This document shows positions 9,903 to 19,459 of a stretch of DNA of 57,942 bases, in pieces. The stretch is from an uncultured Eubacteriales bacterium (lineage in GTDB: Bacteria; Acidobacteriota; Aminicenantia; Aminicenantales; Aminicenantaceae): assembly GCA_964606185.1 (NCBI GenBank), contig CAZSGR010000001.1, forward strand, positions 1 to 57,942, in the 5' to 3' direction. The notes below the pieces were generated by a model that saw only the letters and a list, made by a program, of their open reading frames with translations, was not told where the DNA came from and did no database searches. The first letter of the stretch is position 1, and every line of letters begins with the position of its first letter. Made by a program: the position numbers and the translations under genes.

Positions 9903-10754
9903 CTACTTGGTGTAGTCGTAAAACCCTTTTCCGGTCTTCCGACCGAGGTATCCCGCATCGACCATCTTTCTCAACAACGGACAGGGCCTGTATTTCGGGT
10001 CCCTGAATCCTTCATACAGGACTTCCATGATGTTAAGGCAGACATCCAGGCCGATTAAATCTGCCAGTGTCAGAGGACCCATTGGATGATTCATCCCTAG
10101 CTTCATCACTGTATCGATGGCTTCCGCGGTTCCCACTCCTTCCATCAAGGCATAAACGGCTTCGTTGATCATGGGCAGCAAAATCCGGTTTGAAATGAAT
10201 CCTGGAAAATCATTGGCTTCCACAGGCACCTTTCCCATTTTCTCAGTGAGGGATTTTACCTCATCGAAAGTCTCTTTCGAAGTGGCAATGCCTTTGATTA
10301 ATTCCACCAACGTCATTAAAGGCACCGGGTTCATGAAATGCATGCCCATAAATTTATCAGGGCGACTCGTCAAAGCGGCTAAACGCGTAATGGATATGGA
10401 TGAAGTATTAGTTGTTAGAATGACTGAGGGATCCAGTATCTTATCTAATTCTCCGATCAATTTCTTTTTTACTTCAAAATCCTCGAACACGGCTTCCACA
10501 GCAAAATCAACATCTTTGATGTCAGCCAATTGTGTCGTGGTCTTTATCCGAGAGATTATTTTATCCTTGTCTTCTTCAATCTTCCCTTTCTCTGAGAGCT
10601 TGGCCAAACTCTTATCCACTATTTTTAAAGACCGCTGGATTAAGTCGTCGGCCACATCATTCAAGACAACCTCAAAGCCAGAAGCCGCGGCAACCTGAGC
10701 AATACCCCTGCCCATTGTTCCAGCTCCAACCACTCCTATTTTTTTGATTGCCAT
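9903..10754 (-). CDS. hbd: 3-hydroxybutyryl-CoA dehydrogenase
   Basis: [21 protein letters not shown] Rossmann N-terminus, HFMNPVP motif, C-terminal [14 protein letters not shown] at 10754 with GGAGGGA RBS. The longer ORF-track start would overlap the thiolase gene. Confidence 0.92.
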   Translation of the reverse strand: MAIKKIGVVGAGTMGRGIAQVAAASGFEVVLNDVADDLIQRSLKIVDKSLAKLSEKGKIEEDKDKIISRIKTTTQLADIKDVDFAVEAVFEDFEVKKKLIGELDKILDPSVILTTNTSSISITRLAALTSRPDKFMGMHFMNPVPLMTLVELIKGIATSKETFDEVKSLTEKMGKVPVEANDFPGFISNRILLPMINEAVYALMEGVGTAEAIDTVMKLGMNHPMGPLTLADLIGLDVCLNIMEVLYEGFRDPKYRPCPLLRKMVDAGYLGRKTGKGFYDYTK

Positions 10755-10767
10755 CGTCCCTCCTTGT

Positions 10768-11958
10768 TTACACCATTTCCACAGCCATGGCGACAGCATC
10801 TCCTCCGCCAAGACAGAGCGCTGCCACGCCTTTCTTTAGCCCTCTGTGTTTAAGGGCGTAAATCAATGTCGTGAGCATCCTCGCTCCTGTGGCTCCGATG
10901 GGATGGCCTAAAGCCACAGCTCCTCCATGGACATTGACTTTTTCCCTGTCCAGTCCCATTTCTTTAATCAGCACAACAAGCTGAGAAGAAAAAGCTTCGT
11001 TAATCTCGAAAAGGTCAACATCCTTGATTGTCCAGCCAACATTGGCCAGCAACTCCTCGATTGCTCCCTTGGGAGCGTACATCACCATCGATGGCTCGAT
11101 CCCATTGGTCGTGGAAGCGAGAATCCGGGCCATAGGCTGAAGCTTTTTTTCTTTCACCGCATCTGCTGAAGCGACAACAACAGCGGCCGCCCCATCATTT
11201 AAACTAGACGCATTTCCAGCAGTAACAGTCCCATCTTTCTTGAAGGCAGGCCTGAGCTTGGATAACTTCTCGAGTGTTGCATCTTTTCTCGGACCTTCGT
11301 CCACTTCGAATACAACAGGATCGCCTTTTCTCTGGGGAACCTCAACAGGGATAATCTCCTCTTTCAAATACCCTTTTTCGCTGGCATGAATAGCTTTCAG
11401 ATGGCTACTTGCCGCATATTCGTCCTGCTCTTCCCGGCTTGCGCCGAATTTTTCAGCAATGATCTCTCCAGTCATGCCCATATGCTGGTCATCAAAAGCG
11501 CACCAGAGTCCATCAAGGATCATGGAGTCCTTCATCTTTAGATCCCCAAACTTGACACCTTCCCTGACTCCCCAAACAAGATGCGGCGCCTGGCTCATGC
11601 TCTCCATCCCGCCAGCCACAACGATCTCTTTCTCTTCGAGCCAAATGGCCTGGGTTCCCAGGGCTACGGCTTTTAAAGCTGAACCGCAGACTTTGTTCAC
11701 GGCAAAACAGCTGACTGTGGGAGGGATTCCACCCTTCATGGCCGCCTGCTTGGCAGGAGCCTGTCCGATTCCTGCGGACACGACATTCCCCATGATCACT
11801 TCGTCGACATCATCCCCTTTGATCCCGGATCTCTTCATGGCTTCCTTGATGGTCAGACCTCCCAAATCTGCGGCCGTGAAATTTTTTAAAGCCCCTAAAA
11901 AGCTGCCGATGGCCGTCCGGACGGCTCCGACAATGAAAACATCGCGTAGTTCACACAT
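10768..11958 (-). CDS. Acetyl-CoA C-acetyltransferase (thiolase II)
   Basis: 396 aa. Active-site Cys context [44 protein letters not shown]. Confidence 0.93.
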   Translation of the reverse strand: MCELRDVFIVGAVRTAIGSFLGALKNFTAADLGGLTIKEAMKRSGIKGDDVDEVIMGNVVSAGIGQAPAKQAAMKGGIPPTVSCFAVNKVCGSALKAVALGTQAIWLEEKEIVVAGGMESMSQAPHLVWGVREGVKFGDLKMKDSMILDGLWCAFDDQHMGMTGEIIAEKFGASREEQDEYAASSHLKAIHASEKGYLKEEIIPVEVPQRKGDPVVFEVDEGPRKDATLEKLSKLRPAFKKDGTVTAGNASSLNDGAAAVVVASADAVKEKKLQPMARILASTTNGIEPSMVMYAPKGAIEELLANVGWTIKDVDLFEINEAFSSQLVVLIKEMGLDREKVNVHGGAVALGHPIGATGARMLTTLIYALKHRGLKKGVAALCLGGGDAVAMAVEMV

Positions 11959-12221
11959 TGATTAAGCCTTTCGTATTTAAGCATATTTAAGATAGAATGA
12001 CAGTGAATCTTTCCCTTTTTATCATAATTGGATAAGGGTGTAAACCCATATCAAATCTCTGTTTCAAACGGGAATAAAGTCCGATTTTCCCCTGAAAATC
12101 CAATCCAATCAAAAAAAAGACAAAGGATAAATTTGATTGCACGAGCAGAAATTTTTTCGGTGACTAAAGGCTGATTCTAACTCGTAAGAAAGGTATCCCT
12201 CTCTGGAGTTGCCCGACATGC

Positions 12222-13895
12222 TCAGCTCAGACCGGTTATTCGGCCGTCTTCCGTGACATTTATTCTTTCGGCCGAAGGAACCTTTGGCAGCCCGGGCATG
12301 GTCATGATATCGCCACAATAAACCACAACAAATCCCGCGCCCGAACTGATAGAGACATCCGTAACGATCAATGTAAAATCCTTGGGTCTTCCCAGCGCCT
12401 CATCGTCATCAGAAAGGGAATACTGCGTTTTGGCAATACAGACAGGGAGATTGCCGAATCCGATTTTCTCGATCCTTTGTATCTTTCTTCTTATCTTTCC
12501 TTCCATGGCCACCGACGATGCCCCATATATTTTTTGAGCGACAGTTTCTATTTTCTCAATAAGCGGCATGTCCGAGGGATAAAGAAGCTGAAACCGGTTC
12601 TCCTCTTCCTCAATAGCTTTCAGGATTTCCTGCGCCAAATCTTTTCCGCCTTTTCCTCCTTTGGCAAACACCTCACTCAGGGCCACGCGAGCCTTATCCT
12701 TGCGGCACAGCTCTTTGACTTTCTCTATTTCTCTTTCAGTATCCGAAGGGAATCTATTTATGGCCACCACAAACGGAACGCCGAAAACTCTCATATTCTC
12801 CATGTGTTTCCTCAGGTTCTCAAATCCCTTTTCCACTGCCTGTACATTTTCCTCGTCTACATTTTCCAACTCCACCCCACCATGAAGCTTGAGTGCTCGG
12901 AGCGTGGCCACCAGAACACAGGCCTCAGGCGGAGGAATATGTCCGGTCCGGACAACGATATTAAAAAACTTCTCTGCACCAAGGTCTGAGCCAAATCCAG
13001 ATTCGGTCACTACATAATCCGCCAGCTGAAGCCCTATCCGGGTGGCAATCACAGAATTGGTGCCGTGGGCAATGTTGGCAAACGGCCCGCCGTGGATCAA
13101 GGCCGGCGTTCCCTCTAAAGTCTGGACAATGCTGGGTTTGAGAGCATCCTTGAGGAGAGCTACCATCGCGCCCTCTGCTTTGAGCTCTCGGGCAAAAACC
13201 GGCTTCTTATCCGGAGCATAGCCGACTAAGATATTTCCCAACCTTTCCTTAAGATCCTTGAGGTCAACAGCCAGGCAAAAGATGGCCATCACCTCTGACG
13301 CCGCAGTGATATCGAAACCCGTCTCTCTCGCTATTCCCCTGAGAGGGCCGCCAATTCCGATGACTACCTCCCGCAAAACACGGTCATCCATGTCCATGAC
13401 TCTCTTCCAGGTCACCCGGCGGCAGTCGAGCAGGCCACAGGACCCGTCAAAATGAAGCTGGTTATCCACCATGGCCGACAAGAGATTGTGGGCAGCCGTG
13501 ATGGCATGAATATCCCCTGTAAAATGCAGATTGATCTCTTCTCGAGGTGCAACCTGGGCATATCCTCCTCCTGTTGCGCCGCCTTTCATTCCGAAAACAG
13601 GTCCGAGAGATGGTTCTCTCAAGGCCACTACTGCTTTTTCCCCGATATGGCTCAGGGCATCGGCCAGACCGATAGAAGTCGTGGTTTTTCCTTCTCCGGC
13701 CGGTGTGGGAGTCATGGCCGTGACCATGATTAGTTTTCCTGTTTTGCCTTTTCCTTCAATTTTAATTCCAGGAGAGATTTTCGCCTTATACTTACCGTAT
13801 TCCTCTAAATCTTCCTCATTGAGCCCCAGTCGGCGTGCAATCTCTTCTATCGGTTTGATCTCGACATTCTCTGCGATCTCCATATCGTTGAGCAT
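12222..13895 (-). CDS. fhs: Formate--tetrahydrofolate ligase
   Basis: 557 aa. TPTPAGEGKTTTSIGL P-loop, HGGPFANIAHG, and PGLP near the C-terminus. Confidence 0.96.
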   Translation of the reverse strand: MLNDMEIAENVEIKPIEEIARRLGLNEEDLEEYGKYKAKISPGIKIEGKGKTGKLIMVTAMTPTPAGEGKTTTSIGLADALSHIGEKAVVALREPSLGPVFGMKGGATGGGYAQVAPREEINLHFTGDIHAITAAHNLLSAMVDNQLHFDGSCGLLDCRRVTWKRVMDMDDRVLREVVIGIGGPLRGIARETGFDITAASEVMAIFCLAVDLKDLKERLGNILVGYAPDKKPVFARELKAEGAMVALLKDALKPSIVQTLEGTPALIHGGPFANIAHGTNSVIATRIGLQLADYVVTESGFGSDLGAEKFFNIVVRTGHIPPPEACVLVATLRALKLHGGVELENVDEENVQAVEKGFENLRKHMENMRVFGVPFVVAINRFPSDTEREIEKVKELCRKDKARVALSEVFAKGGKGGKDLAQEILKAIEEEENRFQLLYPSDMPLIEKIETVAQKIYGASSVAMEGKIRRKIQRIEKIGFGNLPVCIAKTQYSLSDDDEALGRPKDFTLIVTDVSISSGAGFVVVYCGDIMTMPGLPKVPSAERINVTEDGRITGLS

Positions 13896-13915
13896 CCTGA
13901 CCTCCTTTGAAAGCT

Positions 13916-14686
13916 TTATTTCTGGAGAAAGACTTTACACATCTCTTTTCTCTTCTCGTGACTTATCCGGTTAAAATCGTGGAACATTATACCATATTCT
14001 TCAATCAGACCATCATCGGCAAAACTGAAATAACGGTTGTTCCCGATTATGATATGGTCCAACACCTTCAACTGCATAACACTTGCGGCAAACACAAGTT
14101 CTCTAGTGATCTCTCTATCGCTGGCTGAGGGCTCTGGATCACCAGAGGGATGGTTGTGAACAAAAATCAAGGAAGATGCGTCACATCTCAAAGCCTCTTT
14201 CACGATCTCTCTCGGATAGACAGCACTCGAGTCAACCGTCCCTTCGAATACTGTTTTTTCCTCCAATATATGATTTTTCGCATCGAGAAAAAGAACCTTG
14301 AATTTTTCTTTCTTCACATCCCGGAGTGAATGATAGAGGTAATCGAACACCTCTTTCGAGGAATGGCAGTAAGGCCGGCTCATCATTTTTTCCTTGAGGA
14401 AACGCCGAGAAACCTCATGAATAAACTTAAGCCCAAATACATTATGAGGACCTATTCCATCAATCTTCTTGAGTTCATCTTCGGTCGCCTCCAGCACCCC
14501 CCTCAAAGATTGAAATTTATTCAGGGCATCCTTTGCCGGTTGCTTACAGTCTGAGCGGGGCGTTCCCAGTGTCAAGAGGAGCTCAATAATCTCATAATCC
14601 AGAAATCCTGCAAGCCCTCCTCTTAAAAATTTCTCCCTGAGTCTCTCTCTGTGCCCTTTACCTAGAGTTGTGTTTTTACTTTTCAT
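13916..14686 (-). CDS. radC: RadC-family JAB/MPN-domain protein
   Basis: HRERLREKFL N-terminal HhH-like region and JAMM motif HNHPSGDPEPS. ATG at 14686 chosen; an in-frame TTG at 14707 is the ORF-track alternative. Only 20 nt separate it from fhs. Confidence 0.85.
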   Translation of the reverse strand: MKSKNTTLGKGHRERLREKFLRGGLAGFLDYEIIELLLTLGTPRSDCKQPAKDALNKFQSLRGVLEATEDELKKIDGIGPHNVFGLKFIHEVSRRFLKEKMMSRPYCHSSKEVFDYLYHSLRDVKKEKFKVLFLDAKNHILEEKTVFEGTVDSSAVYPREIVKEALRCDASSLIFVHNHPSGDPEPSASDREITRELVFAASVMQLKVLDHIIIGNNRYFSFADDGLIEEYGIMFHDFNRISHEKRKEMCKVFLQK

Positions 14687-14823
14687 GGAATGATCTCTGA
14701 TCTTCAACCAGTAAGCCTAAAAGGTTCTCTTCCTCTCCCGTGTATTTCACCTACACAAAATGGAAGAGAATCACCTAAAAAAATGACGAAAGAGAAGGGA
14801 AAATTTTCACAGGTTGGAGGGGA

Positions 14824-15129
14824 TTATTTTTTCTTTTCGGAAATAAACCGAATCTCGAAAAGCCTGTCCACTTCCTTGATCTTGAGCATCAAGATATAAA
14901 TCAAGACAAATATGGCAAGCCACATCCAGACGACAAAGACATAAATACCTGTCGATTCTTTGATATTCCGGGGCCCGGGGATGATCTTTTCCTGGCTTTC
15001 CTCTTCCTGAGTTATTCCGGTCTTCTCTTTCTGTGCGGCCTGCTGGGCAAAATCAGGTTTCAAAAGGAAAAACGAGTGGAAAGAAATAACCAGCACAAAC
15101 AAAGCGACAAATTTTTTCTTTTTCCTCAT
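14824..15129 (-). CDS. Small membrane protein, last gene of the sdh-Rieske-cyt b operon
   Basis: 101 aa. N-terminal signal/TM (KKKKFVALFVLVISF), acidic Q/E-rich linker, second TM (IYVFVVWMWLAIFVLIYILML). Start overlaps the cyt b stop as TAATG. No CxxCH motif. Confidence 0.55.
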   Translation of the reverse strand: MRKKKKFVALFVLVISFHSFFLLKPDFAQQAAQKEKTGITQEEESQEKIIPGPRNIKESTGIYVFVVWMWLAIFVLIYILMLKIKEVDRLFEIRFISEKKK

Positions 15130-16205
15130 TAGAGCAGACTCCAGATCGTCATAGCCACCGCATAAACGATAAACAGATAAGCGATAACGGTTATGATCTT
15201 TCCCTTCTTTTCTGCCGGTTTGTTATCTATAAGAGGAAGGAAAAAGAATGCAAGAACGCCTAAGAATATCAAGAGCACAGCGAGTGTATCCCCATTGACA
15301 AAGAGAATTTTCGCCGGAAATATTTTGAGCATCTGAAAGAGGAAAAGAAAATACCATTCTGGCCTGATTCCCTCAGGAGCAGGAGCCATTAAATCTGCCG
15401 CTTTTTCCAGGGAAGGAGGAAAAAAGACGGCCACTGAGAAAAGAATGCCGGTGAGAATGAGCCACACAACCATCTCCCGGTAGACAAAGTTGGGCCAGAA
15501 GGGGAGTTCTTTCATCTTCTCACTTTTTCTCTCAGCCGCAACAGGAATGCTCATCCCCTGCTTCTGGATGAGATAGACGTGGACAGCCAAAAAAGCCAGC
15601 AGAAAAACGGGAAGGATGGACACATGAAAACCGAAAAAGCGCGTCAGCGTATCCCCTGTGACGTCTTCGCCGCCGCGAAGCAGCTTCGTCACCCAAACTC
15701 CGATTATTGGAATGGAGCGAGGAATGTCTGTCCCCACTTTCGTAGCTGAAAGAGAAAGGGCATCCCAGGGAAGAAGATAGCCTGTGAACCCGAAGGCCAG
15801 AGAGACAAAAAGAAGAAAAACTCCGCTCATCCAGGTCAATTCCCTGGGCTTGCGGTAAGCTTTTGTGATCCAGATGCTGAGCAGATGGACAAAAACAAGG
15901 GCGATCATGAAAGAGGCAGACCAACTGTGGACCGATCGGATAATCCAACCCATAGGAACCTCGGTCATTATTCGAGCCACGCTTGCATTGGCTCCTTCAA
16001 GCGTGGGATTGTAGTAAAAAACGAGCAGGAAGCCCGTAATCACCTGAATAGCGAAAAAGAGCAGTATAGCGCTCCCAGTGTAGTACCACAGGGAATGCCT
16101 GTGCTGGGGAATTTTTTTCTCCCTCAAAAAGCGAAAAATGGCCGATAATCCAGAACGCTCGTCCAGCCAGAAACCTAATCCCTTATTCATATCCTTAGAG
16201 CTCAC
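15129..16205 (-). CDS. Cytochrome b (fused b6-like plus subunit IV-like) of a Rieske/cyt b complex
   Basis: 358 aa. Haem-ligand His pairs in helices (SVHSWSASFMIALVFVHLL; FGFHVSILPVFLLAFLAVHVYL). PEWYFLFLFQ Qo-site motif in the C-terminal part. Confidence 0.9.
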   Translation of the reverse strand: MSSKDMNKGLGFWLDERSGLSAIFRFLREKKIPQHRHSLWYYTGSAILLFFAIQVITGFLLVFYYNPTLEGANASVARIMTEVPMGWIIRSVHSWSASFMIALVFVHLLSIWITKAYRKPRELTWMSGVFLLFVSLAFGFTGYLLPWDALSLSATKVGTDIPRSIPIIGVWVTKLLRGGEDVTGDTLTRFFGFHVSILPVFLLAFLAVHVYLIQKQGMSIPVAAERKSEKMKELPFWPNFVYREMVVWLILTGILFSVAVFFPPSLEKAADLMAPAPEGIRPEWYFLFLFQMLKIFPAKILFVNGDTLAVLLIFLGVLAFFFLPLIDNKPAEKKGKIITVIAYLFIVYAVAMTIWSLL

Positions 16206-16651
16206 TCCACACCTTCCCTCTTGATGACCAGGTCTTCACCTTCGATGGATATATTCAGCCAGCGAAGGGGCCGTGGGGGAGGCCCGCCGATGTTAATTCC
16301 GTTCTCATCGTACCAGCCATCATGGCAGGCGCAGAAGAACTTTCTCTGGTCCGGCAGGTAAGTGACATTACAGTCCAGATGCGTACAGACAGCGACAAAG
16401 GCCGTGTACGAGCCGTCATCATTCTTTTTGAGCAGGCCAGGCTTGCTTCCCCATGCGAAATTTTTGACTGTGTTCGGCTCCATGTCTTCGAAATCCGAAA
16501 AAAGCAGGATAACCTGGTCAGGCTCCCTCGCCGGGGGGAAAACAAATTTCAGCACAGGAACCAACAGAGATGCTACCAGGGCACCAAACCAGCCTCCAAG
16601 GAGACCGTTTAAAAATTGCCGGCGCGTGAACAGAGAATGTTTGAGCTTCAT
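16202..16651 (-). CDS. Rieske [2Fe-2S] protein
   Basis: 149 aa. Tat-like TRRQFL N-terminus followed by a TM helix. Rieske boxes CTHLDC and CACHDG. Confidence 0.9.
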   Translation of the reverse strand: MKLKHSLFTRRQFLNGLLGGWFGALVASLLVPVLKFVFPPAREPDQVILLFSDFEDMEPNTVKNFAWGSKPGLLKKNDDGSYTAFVAVCTHLDCNVTYLPDQRKFFCACHDGWYDENGINIGGPPPRPLRWLNISIEGEDLVIKREGVE

Positions 16652-17373
16652 CTTTTTAATCTAAAAATTCGTTTGATCTTCTCGACAACCAGTTTTCTTC
16701 TTAAGGCCTCGATACCATCCGCTGGCCTGACCTCTTTGGGGCAGACCTCGTTACATTTAAACACAGTATCGCATCCCCATACTCCGCTTTCCGTGTTGAC
16801 GTTTGACCAGTTTGAAAAGGGCCTTTTATCTCTGGGATCTCTGACGAACCGAAAAAGCTTGGCCAGAGCCGCAGGGCCCAGGTACTTTTCATCCCGGGAT
16901 GCGACCGGGCAGGCGCTGTAGCAGCATCCACAGAGGATGCAGTTGATATACTGAAAAATCTTATCCATTTCTCTGTCTTCGATCCGATGACCCTTTTCCA
17001 ACATCTCTCCCTCGGAGAACAAATACGGTTCAATCTTGCGCAGAGCTTCAAAAAAAGGTTCCATGTTGACCGCTAAATCCTTCTGGATCTCCAGATTGGG
17101 AAGAGGCTCAATGACGATGACAGGAGACTTCTGGGAGTCCACCATGGCCCGGCAGGCTAAATCAAATTTTCCGTTGATCACCATTCCGCAAGACCCGCAT
17201 ATGGCCTCCCGGCAGCTGTAACGAAAAGCCAGGGTGCAGTCCTGTTCATTCCGGATATCCATCAATGCCTCCAGGATAGACATCTTCTCTTCCGTCCTGA
17301 AATTATAATCCTGGAAAGAAGGGCGCTCATCCTTCAACGGGTCGTAGCGCAAAATCCTGAAAATGTATTCCAT
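16648..17373 (-). CDS. sdhB: Succinate dehydrogenase / fumarate reductase iron-sulfur subunit
   Basis: 241 aa. Cys clusters CREAICGSCGM, CILCGCCYSAC and CDTVFKCNEVCP. Confidence 0.93.
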   Translation of the reverse strand: MEYIFRILRYDPLKDERPSFQDYNFRTEEKMSILEALMDIRNEQDCTLAFRYSCREAICGSCGMVINGKFDLACRAMVDSQKSPVIVIEPLPNLEIQKDLAVNMEPFFEALRKIEPYLFSEGEMLEKGHRIEDREMDKIFQYINCILCGCCYSACPVASRDEKYLGPAALAKLFRFVRDPRDKRPFSNWSNVNTESGVWGCDTVFKCNEVCPKEVRPADGIEALRRKLVVEKIKRIFRLKR

Positions 17374-17374
17374 C

Positions 17375-19072
17375 TCAGTATTTTCTGGCTTTAGGTTCGT
17401 ACTTTGTGGTATTCACGTCTCTATAACCTATCTGGGATTTTCCGTCTTTCAACGTGACCAGCGTATGCTTGAGCCAATCTTTATCATTCCGGTCTGTAAA
17501 ATCCACCCGGAAATGAGATCCCCTGGTCTCTTCCCTGTTTAATGCGCCCAAGGCAATGACCTCCGCTAAATCCAGCATGGAGTCAAACTCGATGACATTC
17601 ACAAGCTCCTGGCTGTAGCGAAGGCATTTTCCGGAAATATGAACTCGTCCATAATCTTCCCTCAACTCCGAGATTTTCTCCAGAGCTTCGGATAAATCCT
17701 TCCTATTCCTGAACATATCGACCTTTCCACTCATGATCACTTTTAATCTGTTCAACAGGCGGTGGGCTTTTTCACCGGAATCCTTCTTCCCCCATTCCTC
17801 AATTTTCTTTTTCATTTCTAAAGCTTCATCGAGTAGAATGCGTTCCTCATCCTGTGACTTCTTGCTTCCTTTGACTGCATTCGAAGCCTCTTCTCCTGCG
17901 ATCTTTCCAAAAACAACCGTATCCAGGAGAGAGTTGCCGCCGAGACGGTTCGCCCCATGAATACTCACACACGCGCATTCTCCGGCTGCATAGAAGCCTT
18001 CCACGATCGAGGCGCACTGGGCATTGACATCGATTCCTCCCATTGAGTAATGCTGGGCCGGCTGGATGGGAATGGGAGTTTCTATGGGATCGATACCGGC
18101 AAAATTGATGCAGATTTCGCGGATACCGGGAAGTCTCTTCTTGATCTTTTTTTCTCCCAAATGCCGCAAATCAAGATGAACGTACTGGTCCTCAAACCCG
18201 TTTCCATTGTTTATCTCTGTCTGGATAGAGCGAGCAACGATATCCCGCGGCGCCAGCTCCATGGCCGAAGACGCATAATCCTCCATGAATCTTTTGCCTT
18301 TGTTGTTGACTAAATAGCCACCTTCGCCACGCGCGCCTTCTGTGATCAAAATATTCTTGTCATAGAGAGATGTGGGATGAAACTGGACAAATTCCATGTC
18401 TTTCAAGGGGATACCAGCTTTGTAGGCGATCCCGATACCGCTTCCGTGATTGATGAATGCGTTCGTCGTCCTTTGATAGACTCTACCGTATCCTCCTGTG
18501 GCGAAAATGACGGCACGAGCCCTGACAGGTATGATATCCCCCGTTGCCAGGTCATACACCACAACTCCCAGACATTGACCATCTTTGACCACGAGTTTGG
18601 TCACCAGCCATTCATTATAAAACTTGACCTGTTTTTTAATGGATTGCTCGTAAAGAGTATGGAGGATGACCAGCCCCGTCCTGTCAGCCGCATAACATGT
18701 GCGTGGAAAACCTGCCCCGCCAAACGGCCTCTGGGCGATGACCCCACCGGGAAAACGGCTGAAAGGGACACCCAGATACTCCAGCTCATAGATGGCCGAT
18801 ACAGCCTTTTCACACATCAGTTCCGCAATATCCTGGTCGGCCAGATAATCGCTTCCCTTGATGGTATCAAAGGCATGCTTCTCCCAGGTGTCATCCAGAC
18901 CATCCGGGTTGTTTCCCAGGGCAGCGTTTATCCCTCCCTGGGCGGCAACAGAATGGGAGCGGAGCGGATGGACTTTGGATATGACGGCGACTTTCAGTCG
19001 GGGATCACTGGCGAGTGCGGCAGCCAACCCGGCCAATCCACCCCCAACGACAAGGATGTCTTGACTTAACAT
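17375..19072 (-). CDS. sdhA: Succinate dehydrogenase / fumarate reductase flavoprotein subunit
   Basis: 565 aa. VVGGGLAGLAAA FAD fold, covalent-FAD motif RSHSVAAQGG, HPTS, EGxRGEGG, HGANRLGGNSL. Confidence 0.96.
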   Translation of the reverse strand: MLSQDILVVGGGLAGLAAALASDPRLKVAVISKVHPLRSHSVAAQGGINAALGNNPDGLDDTWEKHAFDTIKGSDYLADQDIAELMCEKAVSAIYELEYLGVPFSRFPGGVIAQRPFGGAGFPRTCYAADRTGLVILHTLYEQSIKKQVKFYNEWLVTKLVVKDGQCLGVVVYDLATGDIIPVRARAVIFATGGYGRVYQRTTNAFINHGSGIGIAYKAGIPLKDMEFVQFHPTSLYDKNILITEGARGEGGYLVNNKGKRFMEDYASSAMELAPRDIVARSIQTEINNGNGFEDQYVHLDLRHLGEKKIKKRLPGIREICINFAGIDPIETPIPIQPAQHYSMGGIDVNAQCASIVEGFYAAGECACVSIHGANRLGGNSLLDTVVFGKIAGEEASNAVKGSKKSQDEERILLDEALEMKKKIEEWGKKDSGEKAHRLLNRLKVIMSGKVDMFRNRKDLSEALEKISELREDYGRVHISGKCLRYSQELVNVIEFDSMLDLAEVIALGALNREETRGSHFRVDFTDRNDKDWLKHTLVTLKDGKSQIGYRDVNTTKYEPKARKY

Positions 19073-19381
19073 TCAGTAATTCCTGGTGAAGTAAACGATG
19101 AGCAGGAGAGCACTCAAAACTACGCTGAGGAGAGTGAAAACCCAGAAGAGCTGCTTTTCCTTCCTCACACCGAGGTCGATGATGACCGTTCTCAAACCAT
19201 ACATTGCATGGAAGACGATCAAGATAATCAGGAGAGTGTCTGTGAAAGGGTTCGTGTGAAGGACAAGAGCCCAATCTGGTTTCTGCTCTTTCGTCATCAA
19301 AAAAAATGACGTGAGAAACTTCACCCCAAGGAGGAGGATGAGCAGAAGACCGCTGATGCGGTGTGTAATCCATACAAACAT
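19073..19381 (-). CDS. Succinate dehydrogenase membrane anchor (SdhC/SdhD-like, 3 TM)
   Basis: 102 aa, three hydrophobic helices. HRISG near the N-terminus and FHAMYGLRTVIIDLG resemble the conserved SdhC/D motifs. Stop abuts the sdhA start. Confidence 0.65.
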   Translation of the reverse strand: MFVWITHRISGLLLILLLGVKFLTSFFLMTKEQKPDWALVLHTNPFTDTLLIILIVFHAMYGLRTVIIDLGVRKEKQLFWVFTLLSVVLSALLLIVYFTRNY

Positions 19382-19407
19382 GAAATACTTACCTTTATAG
19401 GAGGGTA

Positions 19408-19437
19408 TATTTAATTAAAGTCAAAAAAGAATGTCAA
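19408..19437 (-). promoter_or_regulatory. Candidate sigma-70-type promoter for the sdh-Rieske-cyt b operon
   Basis: Minus strand reads TTGACA (19437-19432), N18, TAAATA (19413-19408), 27 nt upstream of the sdhC ATG. Confidence 0.3.
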
Positions 19438-19459
19438 GAGAAAGGAAAAATTCGAGGCC

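Noticed and set aside
12109-12318. 69-aa ORF in the thiolase-fhs spacer
   Set aside because: It overlaps the 3' end of fhs and has no RBS, an Arg/Ser-rich composition and no motif.
13916-14707. RadC as an indicator of a mobile or anti-restriction module
   Set aside because: It sits 20 nt upstream of fhs in a metabolic context with no neighbouring mobile-element or defence genes.
18377-19069. Long antisense or out-of-frame ORFs from the six-frame track (for example 18377-19069, 4288-5013, 36882-37520, 50146-50805, 57338-57916, 11459-11965, 12477-12989)
   Set aside because: Each lies entirely inside a confidently identified gene on the other strand or in another frame. Each has low-complexity or Arg/Ser/Pro-rich composition and no recognisable motif or RBS.
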